NCBI RefSeq assembly: GCF_006345805.1
Contig: NC_042997.1
Span: 134,664,001-134,728,000, forward strand
Length of the DNA stretch: 64,000 bases
DNA from: Octopus sinensis
Lineage: Eukaryota
Direction of reading: 5' to 3'
Within the stretch, counting starts at the first letter, position 1, and the number at the start of each line of letters is the position of its first letter. The notes under the pieces are model-generated. The model did not search any database. It saw only the letters and a program-made list of their open reading frames with translations, and was not told where the DNA came from. Of the stretch, positions 12,886 to 23,056 are shown in pieces. The translations under genes and the position numbers were made by a program.

Positions 12886-13575
12886 ATGAATAGTAACTGC
12901 TACTGCTGTGGTAAGCTTTTTGTCAATAAGTCTGGCGTACATTACATTTTATCATATTGTTTAACGCTTTTAATATGTCTTTTAGAAAATAAAATGTTTC
13001 ACTTAACAGAAATACTTTCTGTCTCACAGGTACTTATCCGGTTTGTGTTATTCTTCTTCTGCAACTCCACCTTGTTCATAATTTCGGCGTCATTTACGAC
13101 CAAATGCAAGATACCAACAGATTTGAAAGTCCGATACGAGAGACTCTCCAGTGCAGCCGTTGGCAATACATTTTTTCTATCAGCTGAAATGGCTTCAACT
13201 GGAAGTAGAGAGCCAAAGCTGATCGAAGGTGATAAATTTTACCCAAAATCTTCTCTTTCTACTGATATTATCCTTGAACGTTCAACCTGCCCATGGTACC
13301 TGACTACTATTTATGATTCAACAGTTTTCCCTCCATCACGTACTGAAGTAGTATGTCGCTATGGAGACTGTCTAGACCTTGACAACAATCATCAATGTGT
13401 AACAGTATACAATAAAATGTCTGTCCTCAAACGTACAGGTGAATGCGTCGATGGATTGTATGTGTACAAACCAAGTTTGATTGAAGTAGCTACAGCTTGT
13501 GTATGTGCACGGAAGTTACATAATATTAATGGGGGAAATGAGAGCCAATATGCAACGAAAAATGAACCAAAATAA
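12886..13575 (+). CDS. IL17: Interleukin-17-like cytokine, gene A (main exon 13030-13575; 5' exon structure uncertain)
   Basis: Signal-peptide-like VLIRFVLFFFCNSTLFIISAS and IL-17 motifs ERSTCPW, FPPSRTEVVC..DC, HQC, VLKR and TACVC. Acceptor cacag|GTA at 13029/13030 is homologous to those of B and C. Candidate starts are 12886 (spliced) or 12994. Confidence 0.9.
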   Translation: MNSNCYCCGKLFVNKSGVHYILSYCLTLLICLLENKMFHLTEILSVSQVLIRFVLFFFCNSTLFIISASFTTKCKIPTDLKVRYERLSSAAVGNTFFLSAEMASTGSREPKLIEGDKFYPKSSLSTDIILERSTCPWYLTTIYDSTVFPPSRTEVVCRYGDCLDLDNNHQCVTVYNKMSVLKRTGECVDGLYVYKPSLIEVATACVCARKLHNINGGNESQYATKNEPK

Positions 13576-13734
13576 CAAGATATAAACTGTGTTATTCAGT
13601 TATTATAAAGTTCTTATATATATATACACATACAAACATGCTTACCTATATACGTATACATATATGAGTTTGTGTGTGTGTGTGTGTGTGTTTGTGTGTG
13701 TGCGTGTGTGTGTATGTGTAATGAGTGTGTCTAT

Positions 13735-14095
13735 ATTTCTTTTACTCTCTTACCCTTTTACTTGTTTCAGTCATTTGACTGTAGCCATGCTGGGGCACCG
13801 CATTTAGTCGAGCAAATCGACCCCAGGACTTATTATTTGTCAGCCTAGTACTTATTCTATCGGTCCCTTTTGCCGAACCGCTAAGTTACGGGGACGTAAA
13901 CACACCAGCATCGTTTGTCAAGCGATGCTGGGGGACAAACACAGACACACAAACAAACACACACACACACACACACACATACATATATATGTATATATAT
14001 ACATATACATATACATGATGGGCTTCTTACAGTTTCCGTCTGCCAAATCCACTCACAAGGCTTTGGTTGGCCCGAGGCTATAGCAGAAGACACTT
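13735..14095 (+). mobile_element. Octopus-type SINE (tttcagtcatttgactg...gggacgtaaacacacc family)
   Basis: Same family at 39860-40245 and 40880-41010. Confidence 0.75.
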
Positions 14096-15734
14096 GAACT
14101 ACTTGAAACATATTTAATAGTCTTATAGAGACAACGGATATCACAAAACCAATCTGAGCAGCAACATCGTATACAGTACGCTTCACAGCACATAATGCAA
14201 TCTCCCCATATTTCTACATAAACGCTCACACTTATTCGTATTCTTTATTTAGAACGTTTTCGTCTATTATCCTCTTTCTCACTTATAACCTATCTAGACT
14301 TCACAGAACATAAAAATCTAAAATTACACTCATAACAATTGTTAGCGTACTGGTTTAATTACGAGATTTCGAACCTCTCACGTAATGAATTTTGTTGTTT
14401 AGAACACTACACTTAAAAATATATGCTAGTTATTTAAGGTTTACTTAATCTACATTTCCTCCGTCTTTTCAAACACTTCCGTTGTTGGTTTCAAAGAATT
14501 TTCAGATTTAAATGTAATAAGACCGATGTCAACTTTACTAAACATCTTGTCATCGATAAAATGTCTATAGAACAACAACGAGGGACGATAAAATAGCTAT
14601 AATATTCTCAAATATAAACCCCACATATGATATTAGATATGTAGTTTGATTTATATTGTAATTTAAATGAAAACTAAATTGACAGGCAGGATCTCACTTA
14701 CACATATAATGTAGAAGCATAGCATTATATATATCTATATACTCTTTTCTCTGTATGCATGTATATACAAACACACATACACACGCACACACAGACACAT
14801 ACTCACACACATTTGTGTATTAAGGCTACCGTTGGTTTCATGGTAAGAAAATGTCTTAGTATTTGTCCAAACCAATTGCATGGAGAAATATATGTCCGTC
14901 TCCATTTTGGATGAAAACACGAAAATTCACGGGAATTCAAATCACAAATGTACGAATATCAAACATACCCAAGATATCGCAAAATATAAAGAAACTTATT
15001 CAACACAAGGGAAATAACCAGCCCAAAGTTGTTACCCAACAGTCGTCCACCTTGCTTTCTTGTTTTTTATGTACGATTGCAAATTCCTCCGTTTGATTGG
15101 CTTGAAAAGTTGCTGAGTTGTTTTCTTAACATGAAATAGATATTCGCTTCAATGCAGAAATAAAGAATCATTATCCACCGAATACATCGTTGAGCACTCA
15201 ATACCATTTGTTCGAAATTTATATGCACGCATGTGAGTGTGTGTGTGTGTGTATTTAAGCGCACGTGTGTGCGTGTTTAAGCGCGTGTGAGTGTGTTTAA
15301 GCGCGTGTACAGTGTGTATCTATCTATCTATCTAGATGTCTGTTTGTGCGTGCGCGCATGTGTATGCGTGCGCGCGTGTGTGCATGTGCGTGACAATTAT
15401 CTATCACTATGTTTGCATAATGATTAAAAATGTCATATTTTTTATGAGAAATAATATATTATTCACGTGTTTTTTATAGTAATTTATTTTCTCATTGAAA
15501 TTGTATTAAAAATATTATTTCGATAACATGACATGCAACACATCGGTTTTATTTTCTTTCCTTAAAGATCTGTTTTTGAGTTCATTTCGAAATATTTAAT
15601 GAATGACGTTAGCTTCAGTTGTCGTATATATTTCATGCAGCGTCGTAATAATTACGTATGAAGCAACAATAATAAAACTTGTTTATTGATGTTTTGGGAG
15701 GATTCAGTGGGGCTTTCTTGTTTGTTGTTCATTT

Positions 15735-16295
15735 TTTTTTTTTTTTGCAAACAAGAAACCCCCACTAAGTTCCGGGGCATTTGTCTGCCTATAGTTGCGC
15801 TGTCTCACTTAATTGTGAGAACTGTGTTGTTTTGGGGGTGTATCTTGCCTCCAAAGATAGTGGATTTTTTTCACCAATTTTTGGTGAAATTTGTAGAAGC
15901 TGTGTTCCTGTTGCTATTGGAGTGCCTGTTGGCCTAGAGTTCCCAGTGGCCGGAAAATTTGTGCCTGCTCTGTTCTTGAACTGTCTTCTTTCCTTCTTCC
16001 TTCTTTTTTGTGACTTTCTTTTGAAATTTTTTCTTCCAAGAACATGGTGAAGAAACAAGACACTGTGTTGGAGTGGGAGATTGTCCCACCCAAAGAGTGG
16101 GTGAAATATTTGAAAGAGAGGACAGTGGTGTTGAGGACATACTCAAAGTCGCTCGACAACATCACCGTCTTAAAGAAAATTGTGATTGAGCAAGAGTTGG
16201 CAGAGTATCTGCCAGCCATAAAATTTTTTCCATGGGTGCCAAATATGCAACGGCGTGGTTGCTGTTTGACACCCCTGAGCCCTTGGAGAGCAAGG
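15735..16295 (+). mobile_element. 5' UTR and truncated ORF1 of an L1/Tx1-like element
   Basis: Poly-T start, pyrimidine-rich UTR, ATG 16044. With one frameshift it reads ERTVVLRTY...IKFF.MGAKYATAWLLFDT, resembling KRMITYRTW...TFFKRGRKYATVVVYFKT of the ORF at 17256-18598. Confidence 0.55.
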
Positions 16296-16560
16296 AAATT
16301 AGTTCCCTCATTGATACGGTGTATACTTTCAGTGATGATATCAGAATGGAGTTTGGACTGAAAAAGAGTGCTGTATTCGTCTTGAAGAGAGGTAAAATCA
16401 AATGTATGGATTGGCTAGCGATACCGCCGGGGAGGTTATGAAGCAAATAGAAGAGACGGGCTGTAAGTACTTGGGGATACTGGAAATGGATAAATTGAGG
16501 AGAAAGAAATGACAGAACAATTTAACGTGGAGTACCTGCACAGATTGAAACTTAACCTTA
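16296..16560 (+). mobile_element. R4/Dong RT fragment
   Basis: SSLIDTVYTFSDDIRMEFGLKKSAVFVLKRGKIKCMD, homologous to the 360-1124 ORF. Confidence 0.8.
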
Positions 16561-16682
16561 AGTCGAATCAAATATTAGCTTCAAAACGTACAGCTCATTG
16601 GAGGAAGCACCGTGTTTCGTTCTCTAGAAAAGATTAGTATAAAAATATTACACAGTCACGCAAATATATATATATATATATA

Positions 16683-16987
16683 TATAAGAAATATTGAATT
16701 TCTAAATCTCTAGTAGAGACATGTACGGTGGTGGGGCGATAGAATGGTTGTATACTGTCAATCTAACAAGAACGTGACAGTAGGGGGTACACCACCGCTG
16801 TATATCCCTAGGAAGCATCGAACGCCTCCTGATAGCTTTGACACATTTTTTCCCTGTGTCCTTATATACATATACGAAGGGGAGACAAACACCCCCGGCC
16901 GCCGGAACTGCATCTAGGGACACCGTGTTTCAGGATCGTTGTCCTTCATCGGCGTAGAGTAGCAGACACCGGTCAGCTGGTGATATT
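16683..16987 (-). repeat. Partial copy of the 365-nt hammerhead-bearing repeat unit
   Basis: Near-identical to 18796-19099. Confidence 0.9.
16908..16965 (-). ncRNA. Minimal type I hammerhead ribozyme (CCGAUGA core variant)
   Basis: Minus strand ctgctac-tctacg-CCGATGA-agga-caacga-tcct-GAAA-cacggt-GTC-cctaga-tgcag; one mismatch in stem I. Confidence 0.6.
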
Positions 16988-18717
16988 ATATCTTTATTCT
17001 GGGCACGATGGCCCTAATTCAGACGGGACATTACAAGACGGGACGTGGGGTACATAAAGTAAAAATAAAATATGAAATAAAGATGAATTATATATAATGA
17101 GATGGAACGGCTTACGAACCCCCAACTCGCAGTTCCGTTTAAAATACAATTGTACATTTCACAATTACATATATTCCAGTTCAAAATACAATTTTACATT
17201 TTACAATTTTACAATTAACATTTTACTTTTTAACATTACATATATTCTAATTCTTTTATATTGGACGTTCGTCCGTCATATATTCTATTAAGTCCATTTG
17301 GTCTATTACATTTGGTAAATTGTCATACCGTACATAATGCGTTATATAAATAGCATTAAATATCTTTTTTAATTTTGTGAATGTTTCTTTTTCTATAACT
17401 GCGCCTTTTACATCGTCACCATACAGTTTTGGGTTCAACTTCACCCTGACCAACCCTTTCCTACCTGCAAGTCTCTTTTCCACTTCTGTATTCTTGATAT
17501 ACATCACAACTGCTTTCAGGTTTTTTCCTGCAGGCCTTCTTCCCTTTTTACACGCTTCCAACTGCTCTTTCACTCTTGTCTCCCATTCTTGGTCAAACTC
17601 TGTCCATGGCTTCTCTCTCGCCTTCTCTTTTACTTCCTGTTCTTTGCATGTTCTCTCTTCTTTTTCTTCTGTTATCTTGCTTTTGATTTTTTTCTTTTTT
17701 TGCACTTCCGGTGGTGATTCCACCCTTGTTCTCTTCCTATCTTCTGTTCTTTCCTCCTCTGCACTTGCTCGTTCTTCTTCCGTATCCTCATTTAGCTGCT
17801 CTTTTGTTTCATCCTGCACTTCTCCCTCCTCCACACACGCATCTTTACACTCCTCTATTACAGCCTCCGGTGCTTTCGTTTTTTCCCGCGGGCACACATC
17901 CTTCATGTGGCCCCTTGATTTACAATTATAGCAGACTGGGGGTCTTCCTTCTACCACGACTCTAAGCCGTGTCTCATCAGGGTAGACCAACTCCTCCGGA
18001 TGTTGTACAGGTCTCGCACGGTTATGTGTGCCAGAACCTGCACCGTATATCCCCACCACTTAACCTCTGTTGACTTCTCCACCTTCAACACCTCCACACT
18101 ATCCTTGCAGTTGAAAACCACTGCCGCCAACAACCTCTCCATATTAAATTCGGGCGAAATTCTGCTAATTCTCATCCTCACTGCCCTCCTTCCGCAGTAA
18201 CTTGGTAGTAAAGTCCACTTATCCGTTTTCAAAATTCTTGTTGCATTCTTTTTTGCTTCATTTTCTGTTTTAAAATATACCACCACTGTGGCATATTTCC
18301 TTCCTCTTTTGAAAAATGTGGGTTCACCCTCAATTTCCTTCAGACACTTTTCTACTTCTTCCGTTTCTGCTACTTCAACTTTTTTCGACGCCACACACCA
18401 TGTCCTGTACGTTATCATACGCTTCTCCGTGTTGCTTTCTTCCTCCTCGGACGGTGTGACTCTCACGCAGTCACCCTCCCTCTTTAAACTGTCGAAATAC
18501 TTCTCTAGAGTTTTCTGTTCGACCACCACTTCTTCCATTTCCTGTTCACTGGCAACTAGGCCTCTGCCTGCTGCTCTCGCATAAGTCTGCTCTTGCATTT
18601 TCAAAAATCTCCAACAAAAAACTTTTCAACGTCCTCCAACGAACTCGAACTCACAACCTCTTCACAATGACGCACTCGAAACAAACACACCAGAATAACG
18701 ACTCCAAAAAAAAAATA
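16988..18717 (-). mobile_element. 1.73-kb ORF1-only (gag-like) retroelement with a 17-bp TSD
   Basis: ggtcagctggtgatatt is duplicated at 16971-16987 and 18718-18734. Single ORF, T10 run at the sense 5' end, AATAAA just before the 3' TSD, no RT. Confidence 0.75.
17256..18598 (-). CDS. Gag-like/L1-Tx1 ORF1 protein, ~447 aa, with a CCHC zinc knuckle; one frameshift near 17999
   Basis: ORFs 17951-18604 and 17256-18059 join as VRDLYNI-PEELVYPDETRLRVVVEGRPPVCYNCKSRGHMKDVCP if one C is restored. It has a CX2CX4HX4C knuckle, an RRM-like N-terminal half and a TYARAA start motif. Confidence 0.75.
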
Positions 18718-19120
18718 GGTCAGCTGGTGATATTTGCCTCGACTTCGTAATTGTATATATGTATATTCAGTGAAGTCTATTCACTGATTATCAAAATAAG
18801 AAATATTGAATTTCTAAATCTCTCGTAGAGACATGTACGGTGGTGGGGCAATAGAATGGTTGTATACTGTCAATCTAACAAGAACGTGACAGTAGGGGGT
18901 ACACCACCGCTGTATAGCCCTAGGAAGCATCGAACGCCTCCTGATAGCTTTGACACATTTTTTCCCTGTGTCCTTATATACATATACGAAGGGGAGACAA
19001 ACACCCTCGGCCGCCGGAACTGCATCTAGAGACACCGTGTTTCAGGATCGTTGTCCTTCATCGGCGTAGAGTAGCAGACACCGGTCAGCTGGTGATATTT
19101 GCCTCGACTTCGTAATTGTA
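18718..19120 (-). repeat. 1.1 tandem copies of the 365-nt hammerhead unit
   Basis: ggtcagctggtgatatttgcctcgacttcgtaattgta occurs at 18718 and again at 19083 (period 365). Confidence 0.9.
19020..19077 (-). ncRNA. Minimal type I hammerhead ribozyme
   Basis: Same fold as 16908-16965, with a weaker stem I (G-U plus a mismatch). Confidence 0.55.
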
Positions 19121-19525
19121 CTGTCACGTTCTTGTTAGATTGACAGTATACAACCATTCTATCGCCCCACCACCGTACATGTCTCTACGAGAGATTTAGA
19201 AATTCAATATTTCTTATTTTGATAATCAGTGAATAGACTTCACTGAATATACATATATACAATTACGTAGTCGAGGCAAATATCACCAGCTGACCGGTGT
19301 CTGCTACTCTAGGCCGATGAAGGACAACGATCCTGAAACACGGTGTCCCTAGATGCAGTTCCGGCGGCCGGGGGTGTTTGTCTCCCCTTCGTATATGTAT
19401 ATAAGGACACAGGGAAAAAATGTGTCAAAGCTATCAGGAGGTGTTCGATGCTTCCTAGGGATATACAGCGGTGGTGTACCCACTACTGTCACGTTCTTGT
19501 TAGATTGACAGTATACAACCATTCT
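19121..19525 (+). repeat. Inverted, circularly permuted 1.1-mer of the 365-nt unit
   Basis: Reverse complement of the unit, starting and ending in the ctgtcacgttcttgttagattgacag segment. Confidence 0.9.
19301..19358 (+). ncRNA. Minimal type I hammerhead ribozyme, best-paired copy
   Basis: Stem I tctagg/cctaga (plus ctgc/gcag), core CCGATGA 19314-19320, stem II agga/tcct, GAAA 19335-19338, stem III AC/GT, cleavage triplet GTC 19345-19347. Confidence 0.7.
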
Positions 19526-19924
19526 ATATATATGTATATATATATATATATAATTAGGGCTTAGTAAGATAAATTACTTTGCCACATACTGAACTTAGTA
19601 GAAATAGCAGCCAAAAAAAATTTTCTTAGCATTTCTACTACTTAAAGAAAATTTCTCTCAGATAATGTTTACTCCAGACAGCTCACGAAAGTTTGGAGGT
19701 AAATACAGAAAAATATCACAAGTACATAGATCGTTTGAGTACGTCAACGTTTCAAGATTAGCCAAATAAAATCAGCATTTCTTTCGTCAGCTCAAAATTT
19801 CTTAATTTGGATTTGGAAACACTAAAAAGAAGGAACTTTACCTATCAGCAAACTTGTCACTTCAGAAGCAATTGTTGATATATATATATATATATATAGC
19901 ATACATATATATATATACATACAT

Positions 19925-19968
<44 letters not shown>

Positions 19969-20128
19969 TATATAAAAGAGATAATGGTGTCATTGAGACC
20001 CAAAGGTGTCAGGTAATGCTGAATAAGTGCTATAAACAGGCCATAGTTAAGTTCCAGGTTCGGTAATATTGCGAATAAAGGGTTCAACGTTGGTTCTATG
20101 TCAGCGTGTGTATATAAGAATTTTTTGT

Positions 20129-20395
20129 GTAATAAGATAAAAAAACCAAGGCTGTATAGATATTAGACCGTTTATAGATAGAAGGTCTTACAACTGTTTC
20201 TAGGATATTAATTAATAATATCCCTTCATCGGAGAGGGTGTGAGAGGAAAATTATGACTTAATTTTCCTCTCACACCGTCTCCGATGAAGGGATATTATT
20301 ATTAATTAATATCCTAGAAACAGCTGTAAGACCTTCTATCTATAAATAGTCTAATTTATATATTTGGTCTAATACAGCCTTTTTTTTCTTATTAC
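20129..20395. mobile_element. Fold-back element with two inverted minimal hammerheads
   Basis: ~130-bp inverted arms. Plus strand 20278-20332: gtct-CCGATGA-stem II-GAAACAGCTGTA-agac. Confidence 0.65.
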
Positions 20396-20719
20396 GCCAA
20401 AAATTCTAAAATATATATATAATAAAATCTTGCATGGCTGTGTGATAAGAGCATTGCTTCCCAATAACATAGTTCCGGGTTCAGTCCCACTGCTTGCCAT
20501 CTTGGATAAGTACCTTCTACTCGTGCATCGGGCCGATTCAGAACTTTGCGACTGATTTTGATTGAAGGAAACTGGAAAACCCTGTCGAACGTACGATGGG
20601 CTTTTGTTTGTTTATATGCATGCGTGTATACACACACACACACATATATATATATGCGTAGGTATGTACATATATGTATGTATATATGCATATATATATA
20701 TACACATATATATATACAT

Positions 20720-20769
<50 letters not shown>

Positions 20770-20774
<5 letters not shown>

Positions 20775-21118
20775 TACAAAGTGAGATAGGGGTTATGAGT
20801 GTAACCCACTATGAGATATCATGTATCCAATATACTGCCAGTGAATTACCCAAAAGGCTAATACATAAATGCTAACAATTGCAATGCAATTAGTTCATTT
20901 ATTGCATTATATGGGCGATAGTAAAATGTTTTATATATATATATATAAGTGTATGTACACATACATATACATATATATAAGTATATACATAATAATATAC
21001 ATACACATAAGGTTACAGTTAATCAAATATATATTATTATATAAATACTTATATATATGTATATGTATGTGTACATACACTTATATATATAATATATATA
21101 TATATATGTGTGTGTGTG

Positions 21119-21120
<2 letters not shown>
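20770..21120 (+). repeat. ~350-bp direct repeat, copy 1 (copy 2 at 27845-28200)
   Basis: aagtacaaagtgagataggggttatgagtgtaacccactatgagatatcatg... is near-identical in both copies. Confidence 0.9.
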
Positions 21121-21194
<74 letters not shown>

Positions 21195-23050
21195 CCATGG
21201 TTTCTTTCAGTTTCTTTCAACAAAATTCACTCACACGGCTTTGGTCGGCCCGAAGCTATTGTAAAAGATACTTGCTCGAGGTGCCACGTAGTGGGACCGA
21301 ACCCAGAACCATGTGTTTGGGTAGCAAACTTCTTAACACAAAGCCACGGCAGGCACACAAACGTTTATATATATGTTATGCTGATCTGTTATAGGGGTGT
21401 TAATAAGAAGTACTCCATCAAGCGAGAGTTAAATATCGTTTAATATGCACAGGATTTAAATGTGGGCTACTATAAGTGCCATTCTTCTGACATTGCGATA
21501 GTCGGACGAGCTTGTATTGCATCTTGTATATCATCATGTAATCATTCAAACGGAAATACAATGTGACTGTTATCTGAGAAATAACAAGGAGAGAAACATC
21601 GAATTTTAAAAAAATGCATGAGGGATGGTAGATACGAGTTGTGTCCCTTTAAATAGGAATTTTTGGGGGGATTGAGATTAATTCGACGGTAAACTTTTTG
21701 TGATGCTCTATGAAAAATTATATCATTTTAAAAAAAGGACAGCTCATTGGAGTAGCCTTTCTACTTTGTTCAGTGGAAATGTTGGTTTAAGTTTATCGAC
21801 ATGCAATTAATTTGATATGAAAATGTGAGTGCTTAATACGATTTATCTATACAGTATCAATATAGCCACTGCACAGTCTACCGAGTCCAGCCTTCAGACG
21901 CATAAGTTGACAAGCTCTAGCTCACTGAGTGTTTGGGAGTCGTTGGCTATACTCACCATGGTTTAGACGGCTTATGGAAGCCTCGTCCGAGGTGTAACAA
22001 CTGTTGCATGCAGAAAGTTTCGTGGATCTATACGTGAAAGTTGAGTGTCAGGTGATAACCAAAGCGGGTGAACTAATCCGAAGAGCATTTCATGTTCGAC
22101 TGTCAACCCACGTAACGCATTGCTGGGGCACAATGAAAACACGAACTGTGCAACTCCTTACCTTCAGTTGCAGCAAACAACCTGTGCCCAACTTGCGACT
22201 GTACCTTCTGAGTATGCATCTGTTGATTCGACCAAGGTCGGACACACCGTGCCTCATGTTCTTCTGCTATGTGATTTCTTTGGTCTCATCAACAATGATG
22301 GACGATACTAATAACATCAATATTGCTATGCTGTATGAGAATATTATGATAATAGATAGATTATGAATTTGATTTAGACCACGCAATTACTAACTATACC
22401 TTCAGTATAAAAATTGGCTGACGAAGCATTTGCTTAATTTATTTGCAGAAATATTTTGATTCCTAGAGCTGAACTTTTATTATGTTCTAGATGTCTTTCA
22501 TAAGATTCTTTGGTGCTTCCCAATTTTGCATGTTGTCAAATAACATCAGACATTCTGAATTCATTACTTAGTAGTTAGCATACAAATTATGGCGTTATAC
22601 CTTAAGGTACTTAGAGAAAATAATCTGTAAAATTTGGATTTTGTGATTTTTTCCATTTGTTTTTAGCCCTCTTGAAGTATTGTTATCGCTATACGTTAAA
22701 CAAATGTTAAAAGATTTTCCGTCTATTTCATCGATTCTTATCTCAGTTCGTTCGTGTCAGAGGTGAATATATACTGTGTCGTGCTAGCGAGATAATACCG
22801 TGAAATTTATACCTGGATTAAATGAGACGCTTCGTATGCCTGATTCAAGGTCAGACAGTACAAACAATCATAGTGTTAAATCAAAAGTGCTCTTCCTTCC
22901 ATTGTAGAGCAGGAAAACTTAGGCTTGAGTGCATTTACTCGAGTTCAGCTGGGCATGCAGTCAGTGAGTGAAAGTTTACAGGCTTTATTCAGGCCAGAGA
23001 AAGAAAATATAAACATAATAAAGGACACGTTTTGTATCGAAAATACATTT

Positions 23051-23056
23051 TTTATT
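23051..23056 (-). terminator. Candidate poly(A) signal of gene B (paralogous site 43131-43136 for gene C)
   Basis: AATAAA on the minus strand within a block conserved between B and C (ttttattgatattagaatccaatt). Confidence 0.5.

Noticed and set aside
12886-13029. 229-aa unspliced reading of gene A
   Set aside because: It reads through a probable intron (GTAAGC donor, AT-rich body, homologous acceptor). It is open but unlikely to be the true N-terminus.
16702-16923. 73-aa ORF MSLDAVPAAGG... present in all three hammerhead units
   Set aside because: It starts at a GTG overlapping the ribozyme, has no recognisable domain, and the copies are too similar for conservation to mean anything.
17377-17931. 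184-aa plus-strand ORF
   Set aside because: Antisense shadow of the Lys/Glu-rich gag-like ORF.
17965-17990. CTGATGAG inside the gag-like ORF
   Set aside because: No GAAA or stems follow; a coincidental codon string (PDE).
22004-22366. 120-aa ORF as a fourth IL-17 gene or pseudogene
   Set aside because: None of the six frames shows the RSxCPW, CxCxxC or terminal CxC pattern, and the frame is broken in the paralogous copy.
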